In this document: in pieces, positions 39,492 to 46,009 of the stretch
Layout of the letters: each line of letters starts with the position of its first letter
Numbering within the stretch: position 1 is the first letter of the stretch
From: Bacteroidota bacterium
GTDB taxonomy: Bacteria; Bacteroidota; Bacteroidia; Bacteroidales; FEN-979
Direction: 5' to 3'
Assembly (NCBI GenBank): GCA_026391355.1
Contig: JAPLDH010000033.1
Location: forward strand, 4,505 to 68,504
DNA: 64,000 nucleotides
Translations under genes and position numbers: made by a program
The notes under the pieces: generated by a model
Seen by the model: only the letters and a program-made list of their open reading frames with translations
Told to the model about the DNA's origin: nothing
Database searches by the model: none

Positions 39492-41030
39492 ATGAGAAAG
39501 TTTATTTTCGGTTTTTTTACCAATTCATTACTCATTGCTGTTTGCTATTATTTTTTCAATTGGTTAAAATGGGGAACCTTAATTCTTCCGCTTAGTATCA
39601 ACCTGACCTTTGTTCTTTTCTTTTTTGTCTGGCTGGTCGTTGCTCTGTTAACGAAAAAATATGTCATCACAAATAAAGAATTAAAGATTGAAATACTCTC
39701 AACAATTGCCTTAAGTGACCTGATTGAATTGATTGTTTTTGGAATTCTGATAAAATATTTACGACATTTTGAAAATATAAGGTTCGTTATTCTTTATACA
39801 CTTTTGTTGACTTCGATAGTTGAATTAATACTGGGGTATTCATTTGCATATTTTAAGAAAACAACCGTCCGGCAACCCTTTTATGAAGAACATGCAAATG
39901 GATTTACTGCAAAGAGTCCTGTTGTTGAACCCCCGGTGTATAAAAGAAAGAAGAGCCCGGTGCCGGATGAATTCTATCACTATCCCGGACCAATCGATTT
40001 ACACCAAATCATTATTGAAGAAACAAATGAAAATACGTTCAATTTCGTAAAAGATTATTTTACCAACCCTCATGATACCCTCGTTTTATCGACAACCACA
40101 GTTTTTAATATTTATAATCAACCCCGGGAGAAATTTAAGGTAATTATCAATCTTAAGAGAATCAATGATATTCAGTATATCAATAAATTCTTTGAAGCAA
40201 TCAATACAAAGCTGGATAATACAGGGATATTTATTGATTGGGTGGAGACCTATTCACTGAAGAAAAAAAGGATACTGGCGGAGTATGTCGTAGGCCTGAA
40301 CTATCTTGTTTATGCTTTTGACGTTATCTTTCACAGGATTTTCCCAAAGCTGCCGGTCACAAAAAAAATCTATTTTTTCCTTACCAAAGGCCGGAACAGG
40401 GTTTTATCAAAAGCTGAAACGTTTGGCCGTTTATATTCATGCGGTTTTGAAATTATTGAAGATCTGTTTATTGATAACCGTCTCTTCTTTGTAGTTCGCA
40501 AGATCAAAGAACCGGCATTTGATAAAAATCCAACTTACGGCCCCTTGATAAGACTGAAACGTATTGGTAAGAATGGAAAGATCATCGGGGTTTATAAGTT
40601 GCGGACAATGCATGCCTATTCGGAATATCTCCAGGGTTATATTCATACCAAGAATGATCTGCAGGAAGGAGGAAAATTCAAGAATGATTTCCGTATTACA
40701 ACACTTGGAAGGATCTTCAGAAAACTATGGATCGATGAACTCCCGATGCTGATAAATTTAATAAAAGGAGATCTGAAATTTGTCGGTGTTCGACCTTTAA
40801 GTCAACATTATTTTAACCTGTATTCAGAAGAATTACAGGAACGCCGGCTTAAATACAAACCCGGACTTATCCCTCCTTTTTATGCTGACCTTCCAAAAAC
40901 CCTCGATGAAATTATGAAGTCGGAAATCAGATACCTTGATTCTTATGATAAGTCGCCAATATTTACCGATATTTCCTATTTTTTCAAGGCATGGTATAAT
41001 ATAATTTTTAAAAGAGCCAGAAGCAATTAA
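39492..41030 (+). CDS. Initiating polyprenyl-phosphate phosphoglycosyltransferase (bacterial sugar transferase) with N-terminal TMs
   Basis: RIGKNGK...YKLRTM, D.RIT..G, RK..IDELP, GDLKFVGVRP, KPGL. Confidence 0.88.
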   Translation: MRKFIFGFFTNSLLIAVCYYFFNWLKWGTLILPLSINLTFVLFFFVWLVVALLTKKYVITNKELKIEILSTIALSDLIELIVFGILIKYLRHFENIRFVILYTLLLTSIVELILGYSFAYFKKTTVRQPFYEEHANGFTAKSPVVEPPVYKRKKSPVPDEFYHYPGPIDLHQIIIEETNENTFNFVKDYFTNPHDTLVLSTTTVFNIYNQPREKFKVIINLKRINDIQYINKFFEAINTKLDNTGIFIDWVETYSLKKKRILAEYVVGLNYLVYAFDVIFHRIFPKLPVTKKIYFFLTKGRNRVLSKAETFGRLYSCGFEIIEDLFIDNRLFFVVRKIKEPAFDKNPTYGPLIRLKRIGKNGKIIGVYKLRTMHAYSEYLQGYIHTKNDLQEGGKFKNDFRITTLGRIFRKLWIDELPMLINLIKGDLKFVGVRPLSQHYFNLYSEELQERRLKYKPGLIPPFYADLPKTLDEIMKSEIRYLDSYDKSPIFTDISYFFKAWYNIIFKRARSN

Positions 41031-41097
41031 CGTTATTTCTTCAAGCAATTGCATTTCTAATATTTTTTTTTCACATTGACTATCTAACTCCTCCACG

Positions 41098-42738
41098 TTG
41101 AAACTCCGGTCTGTAATATCTCTCCTGGTTGGATTTATTCTTTTTTTTACCGTAACAGGGGTTTCTCAATACATTTATGTACCCTTTAACGATCCCGGCT
41201 TAGAAGAGTTATTGGACGAACTCAATTCAGAACATGTTTTTATCCTGAATACAGTTGTAAAACCATATTCAAGAAAACTGGTTGCAGAAAAACTTGCAGA
41301 AGCCTTATCGAAAGATTCATTACTAAGCAGGCGTCAATTATCCGAAATCCATTTTTATTTGAAAAATTTCAGACAGGAAGTCCGGTTTCTTAAAAATGCA
41401 AATAATGGTTCAATCATACCATCACAATTAAAATTCTACCTATTAAATGCTGACCCGGTAAATGTTTCCATTTTTCACAACTCATTTACATTCTCTTATA
41501 TACCTCTGATCGATGCCCGGTATTATCTGAATAAAAATGCTTCTGTGTATTCGATAAAAAGCGGTGGAGCTATTTCAGCATATTTTGGAAAACATATTGG
41601 TATTGCAGCAGGAATTTATAAGCAATTTGCAAATGAAATTCTCGTGGATCCGGAGTATTTTGAGCCTGGGTGGGGAGGAAACTGGAATCATTGGGCTAAA
41701 GGAGGCGGGACTTACATTGATTGGTTCGGTCAGCTCACCTTTTCATGGAAATGGGGTATGATCGGGATATTCAAAGACAGGCTCGATTGGGGGAATAATT
41801 ATCATGGTGCTAACATTTTTACCAGCAAACCCCCTTCTTTCCCTTCAGTCCGTATTCACCTGTTTCCGGCAAAATGGATTGAATTCAATTACTTTCATGG
41901 ATGGCTTTCATCGGGGGTAATTGACAGTAACCTCACCTTCCATGAACATAACGGGTTGAAAACCTATTATCAGGGAAAGTATATTGCCGCAAATCTACTG
42001 ACTGTCACTCCCTGGAAATATCTTCATATTTCATTGGGAAATTCAATCATTTATGACGGAAACCTTCAACCGGCATACCTGATACCAATACTTTTCTTCA
42101 AGTCTGTTGACCATACACTGAGTGCAACAATCGACAATGAGAATTCCCAGATGTTCCTTGATATCAGTTCCTGCCAGATCAAGCATCTGCATCTCTTTTT
42201 AACACTATTCGTGGATGAGCTCAAGTTATCAAGGATAATGCATAAGGACCAACACAATTTTCTCAGTTGGAAAGGAGGGCTGAAGATCTTTGATCTCCCC
42301 GTTCAAAACCTGTCGGTTACCATCGAAGGTACCAGAACCTTACCCATCACCTATCAACATTATTTCCCAACGCTCACCTTTGAAACAAAAAACTATAATT
42401 TCGGAAACTACCTGAGAGACAATTCACAGGAAATATATTTCGAAATTTCCTTTAAACCAATTCAGCGCTTGAACCTTGAACTGGCATACAATTATGCCGA
42501 ACATGGAGATAATTTTAAATATGGGCAGGTTACAGATCCAACTGTACTTCCTGTCTTCAAGAATATTTCCTGGAAAAAAAAGGAAGTTTCTTTCACCTCC
42601 GGATTTGATTTGCTTTCGAACCTCCACCTTTTTTTGACGGTTCAGTATCGTGAAACAACCGGAGAAACCCGCTTTATCCCACCTTTGTATTACGGGACTA
42701 CCGCAACTATGTCTTTAGGATTCCTGGCGGGGTTCTGA
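41098..42738 (+). CDS. Wzi-family capsule assembly outer-membrane beta-barrel
   Basis: Signal peptide, KPYSR, alternating barrel strands, ENSQMFLD, C-terminal Phe. Confidence 0.7.
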   Translation: MKLRSVISLLVGFILFFTVTGVSQYIYVPFNDPGLEELLDELNSEHVFILNTVVKPYSRKLVAEKLAEALSKDSLLSRRQLSEIHFYLKNFRQEVRFLKNANNGSIIPSQLKFYLLNADPVNVSIFHNSFTFSYIPLIDARYYLNKNASVYSIKSGGAISAYFGKHIGIAAGIYKQFANEILVDPEYFEPGWGGNWNHWAKGGGTYIDWFGQLTFSWKWGMIGIFKDRLDWGNNYHGANIFTSKPPSFPSVRIHLFPAKWIEFNYFHGWLSSGVIDSNLTFHEHNGLKTYYQGKYIAANLLTVTPWKYLHISLGNSIIYDGNLQPAYLIPILFFKSVDHTLSATIDNENSQMFLDISSCQIKHLHLFLTLFVDELKLSRIMHKDQHNFLSWKGGLKIFDLPVQNLSVTIEGTRTLPITYQHYFPTLTFETKNYNFGNYLRDNSQEIYFEISFKPIQRLNLELAYNYAEHGDNFKYGQVTDPTVLPVFKNISWKKKEVSFTSGFDLLSNLHLFLTVQYRETTGETRFIPPLYYGTTATMSLGFLAGF

Positions 42739-42740
42739 TC

Positions 42741-43358
42741 TCAACCACTTTCCTTCGTATCTATTTCCTTCATTGAAGGAGGATATCCAATTTTCTCCTG
42801 CCAGAACCACCATAAACCGAAAATCACCACATAAAACATCGGGCGGAGAATATAGTCATGGGTAAATTTTAGTATATCAGGTATCAGGGCACCTGTAATT
42901 GCCATGCTTGATACCCGTACAAGATTCGTCAGATAAATCAAAGCAATCCCAAGCGGGATGTACCAGAGCTTCCTTTTCCAGGAACCTGGAAAAAGGAGCA
43001 TTAAAATGATAAACTGGATAATTGGTTTAAGCCCTGAACAGGAAGGATTTATTACTATCCCGCAATGATTATCCAGCCACAATACCGACCCGGGGGCAAT
43101 TTTAACATTGATGTGAAGGATGTTTGTAATGATCCACAAACTCTGGGCAAAGATCCATTGGGCAACAACTTCATTTGCTTTTTCCATTATATCCCCTAAA
43201 GGAAAATAATTCAGCCTGTTTGCCCAAAATCGCCAGAATACATGAATCAGGATGGTAATCAGACAAAAAAGAGCCACTCCTCTCACCTGTCTCCATTTCC
43301 GGTCAATCAGAAAAGAAGTAATTTGTGGATATTTTGTGGAAAGGTAGTTTCTGTCCAT
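42741..43358 (-). CDS. Exosortase/archaeosortase-family transpeptidase-like membrane protein
   Basis: Cys-Arg-His triad motifs: PSCSGLK, NLVRV, FTHDY; hydrophobic, 205 aa. Confidence 0.85.
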   Translation of the reverse strand: MDRNYLSTKYPQITSFLIDRKWRQVRGVALFCLITILIHVFWRFWANRLNYFPLGDIMEKANEVVAQWIFAQSLWIITNILHINVKIAPGSVLWLDNHCGIVINPSCSGLKPIIQFIILMLLFPGSWKRKLWYIPLGIALIYLTNLVRVSSMAITGALIPDILKFTHDYILRPMFYVVIFGLWWFWQEKIGYPPSMKEIDTKESG

Positions 43359-43368
43359 CGTTTTTTGA

Positions 43369-43376
43369 CAAATATA
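43369..43376 (-). promoter_or_regulatory. -7 promoter box for the exosortase gene
   Basis: TATATTTG on the minus strand, 10 nt from the ATG. Confidence 0.45.
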
Positions 43377-43492
43377 AAATAATTTGTACTAAAAAACATT
43401 GAAGAAAGCTATCAAATTTAACCTGAAGGGTATTTTTGTGATTCTACCGGATGGATTTCACCAAAAAAAACGATCTTGTTTTTAGGGTCGTT

Positions 43493-43546
43493 TTGTAGCC
43501 CGTAGCGGAATCCCTGCCTACCATCAGGCACGGACCGCTGTTATCA
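43493..43546 (-). pseudogene. Decayed copy of the tRNA-Glu 3' part with an inserted palindrome
   Basis: 43493-43512 is identical to 43583-43602; after a ~20 nt insert the match resumes (ACCGCTGTTAtCA). Confidence 0.75.
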
Positions 43547-43585
43547 ATTCTTAACGAAAAGATATGCTTTTTATTGATGGTATTG

Positions 43586-43657
43586 TAGCCCGTAGCGGAA
43601 TCGAACCGCTGTTACCAGGATGAAAACCTGACGTCCTAACCCCTAGACGAACGGGCC
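43586..43657 (-). tRNA. tRNA-Glu (TTC)
   Basis: Reverse complement GGCCCGTTCGTCTAGGGGTTAGGACGTCAGGTTTTCATCCTGGTAACAGCGGTTCGATTCCGCTACGGGCTA; cloverleaf, CCA not encoded. Confidence 0.97.
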
Positions 43658-43677
43658 GAACTATTGATTTCGGGCGG

Positions 43678-43708
43678 CAAATGTACAAATTTTGTTTTTA
43701 TTTTCAAA
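43678..43708 (-). promoter_or_regulatory. tRNA-Glu promoter
   Basis: TTTG (43705-43708), 19 nt spacer, TACATTTG (43678-43685) on the minus strand. Confidence 0.8.
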
Positions 43709-43772
43709 AAAATTGTCATCTCCATTTTCATCAATTTCACTTTTATTACTTTTGTTAACCAAGTTTATCCGG

Positions 43773-44468
43773 ATGATACAGAATATTAAACCCAAGGACA
43801 TCTTCGAAGCGGTCATTTTAAAAGCAGGGATGAAACAGGATGTCTACAAGAATACTGTAAATGGTTTCAATGACTTTAAATCAGAAGTCAACCGATTGGC
43901 AATAACATTCCAAAACACTGCCAAACCCGGGAAATGGAATATCCCATTTGAATATAAGGACAGGGGACAGTTTGAATTTGAATTAAAGTTCGGTGGAGAT
44001 GTATTGATTTTTTTCATGCATTCCAATGTATTTGAAATCCCCAGGGACCATGATGTCATGAAAACCTCTTACATCAAGGAGAATAAGACCCGATCCTATT
44101 GCGGAATAATATATATCTTCAATTTTTTGGCCGATTCATTCAAATACAGCCGTATTAATGATATCGGATATTTAATTGGCCGTGTTTTTATCAATCGTGA
44201 AAACCACTATTTCATAGAGGGGAAACGTGAAATAGGCTTACTTTATAACAACTTTGCAACGTCAAAGCTCACCAGGCAGTCAGTTCTTTCGATCATAACT
44301 TCTTCAATATCCTATACCCTTAATTTTGATCTGCTGACTCCTCCCTACGAAAACATGAAAGAAGTAACCGTTGAGGAAATGCAGACTACACTGGATAACA
44401 TACTGATAAAGACGGGTAAAAGGCTGGGGTATAAATTTCAGGCCGACATTCTTGATGAGGCAACATAA
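43773..44468 (+). CDS. Conserved Bacteroidota hypothetical protein
   Basis: FMHSNVF, YCGII..FNFLADSFKY, FDLLTPPY, KTGKRLG; TACTTTTG box at 43747-43754 supports the 43773 start. Confidence 0.75.
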   Translation: MIQNIKPKDIFEAVILKAGMKQDVYKNTVNGFNDFKSEVNRLAITFQNTAKPGKWNIPFEYKDRGQFEFELKFGGDVLIFFMHSNVFEIPRDHDVMKTSYIKENKTRSYCGIIYIFNFLADSFKYSRINDIGYLIGRVFINRENHYFIEGKREIGLLYNNFATSKLTRQSVLSIITSSISYTLNFDLLTPPYENMKEVTVEEMQTTLDNILIKTGKRLGYKFQADILDEAT

Positions 44469-44487
44469 AGAGAACAATGTGTTCAGT

Positions 44488-45225
44488 TTATTGATTTATT
44501 GTAAACCCATATCCTGAAAGAATTTCCCTGATGGACGCAAAGGTATTCTGAAGTATCTCCTGTATATCATAAACAGAAATCCATTTAACCATGAGGATAT
44601 CTTCCTTATACTCCGGAACAAGTTCCTGATCATGTTTAGCAAACATCTCAAACCAAAACACAGGTTTCAGGATACGTTTTTCTTTCTGGTAATATATATG
44701 GTAGGTACACGGAAGTTCCTTCGTTATCATGACATTTCGGAGACCTGTTTCCTCTTTTACTTCCCGAATAGCTGCCTCCCGTTGTGATTCAATAACTTTA
44801 CCCGGGTTCTTTCGTGCGGATATCTTACCCTTTGGTAAATCCCATTTACCTCGCCGGAAGATAAATAACCACTCCCCTCTTTCATTTTTTACTACCCCCC
44901 CTGCTGCTTCAATAATCTTAAAAAGTGATAAAAAGGCTGGCAATAATTCACTATGTTGATCTATTGATGGGGCATCGCTGCTATTATTTGCTGGGTGGAT
45001 CATCCTGAGATCCGGGTTTTCCCATATATAAAGGTTCTTTGGCATCTTATCATTTTCAAATTCCTCAAATGCTATTCTGAGCTGTTCTGCAGATTGGAAT
45101 TCAAAACAATTGCCCTGAACCTTTGGAATCTCAACAGGGTGGTCAACCAGACAAATCATCCGATCCTCCAGAAATGCTTTCAGTATCACACCTTTCAGTT
45201 GTAAAAAGTTATCAGGAAGTCGCAT
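44488..45225 (-). CDS. NUDIX hydrolase
   Basis: AAGGVV, IFRRGKWDLPKGK, AIREVKEETG; divergent from pyrE. Confidence 0.9.
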   Translation of the reverse strand: MRLPDNFLQLKGVILKAFLEDRMICLVDHPVEIPKVQGNCFEFQSAEQLRIAFEEFENDKMPKNLYIWENPDLRMIHPANNSSDAPSIDQHSELLPAFLSLFKIIEAAGGVVKNERGEWLFIFRRGKWDLPKGKISARKNPGKVIESQREAAIREVKEETGLRNVMITKELPCTYHIYYQKEKRILKPVFWFEMFAKHDQELVPEYKEDILMVKWISVYDIQEILQNTFASIREILSGYGFTINQ

Positions 45226-45307
45226 AAATAATTTCTTTTATTCTGACAATTGTTGATTTTTCATATAAAACGGGTAAATTTACTCCGAAATTCAATATCT
45301 CAAACCC

Positions 45308-45943
45308 ATGATCTTCGATAAGCAAATTGCATTGGAAACAGCAGCGTTCCTGCTTCAGATTAAAGCTGTAAAATTAAGTCCGAAAGACTTGTTTACCTGG
45401 GCTTCCGGGATAAAATCACCGATTTACTGTGATAACCGGATAACCCTCTCCTATCCGAATATCCGGCGATTTATCAAGGATAATTTTACCAAAATCGTTG
45501 CTGACAAAATGGGCTCAGCGGAAATTATTGCCGGTGTTGCCACAGGTGGAATTGCACAAGGAGCATTGGTTGCACAGGAATTGAACTTACCCTTTGCATA
45601 TGTCAGAACGAGTAAAAAAGATCACGGACTTACCAATCTTATTGAAGGCCGGATTGAACCGGGTCAACGTGTCGTGGTTGTAGAAGATCTGATTTCGACA
45701 GGAAAAAGCAGTCTTGAGGTAGTTAACGCTTTGAAAGAAGCAGGTTGCGTTGTTCTTGGTATGATTGCCATCTTTACATACAATTTACCGGTTGCAGAAA
45801 AAGGATTTGAGGCAGTAAATACTCCTTTTTACACATTAACAGACTATGATATTCTTATTGAGAAAGCACTCGAAATCAATTACATAAATTCAGACGATCT
45901 GAAAATACTGAATGACTTTAAAATCAGCCTTTCGGGAAAATAA
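45308..45943 (+). CDS. pyrE: Orotate phosphoribosyltransferase
   Basis: WASGIKSPIYCDNR, KKDHG, VVVVEDLISTGKS PRPP motif. Confidence 0.97.
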   Translation: MIFDKQIALETAAFLLQIKAVKLSPKDLFTWASGIKSPIYCDNRITLSYPNIRRFIKDNFTKIVADKMGSAEIIAGVATGGIAQGALVAQELNLPFAYVRTSKKDHGLTNLIEGRIEPGQRVVVVEDLISTGKSSLEVVNALKEAGCVVLGMIAIFTYNLPVAEKGFEAVNTPFYTLTDYDILIEKALEINYINSDDLKILNDFKISLSGK

Positions 45944-45948
45944 GTCCT

Positions 45949-45994
45949 GATAAAAAAGAAGGCCATCCTGCAAAAGATGGCCTTCTTTTTTATC
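45949..45994. terminator. Bidirectional intrinsic terminator
   Basis: Perfect 19-bp IR GATAAAAAAGAAGGCCATC / GATGGCCTTCTTTTTTATC between convergent genes. Confidence 0.92.
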
Positions 45995-46009
45995 CGGTCA
46001 TTCAAGTAT

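Noticed and set aside
45274-45283. GTAAATTTAC palindrome before pyrE as a second operator copy
   Set aside because: The spacing differs from GAGTAA-N5-TTACTC; more likely a promoter -7 variant or chance.
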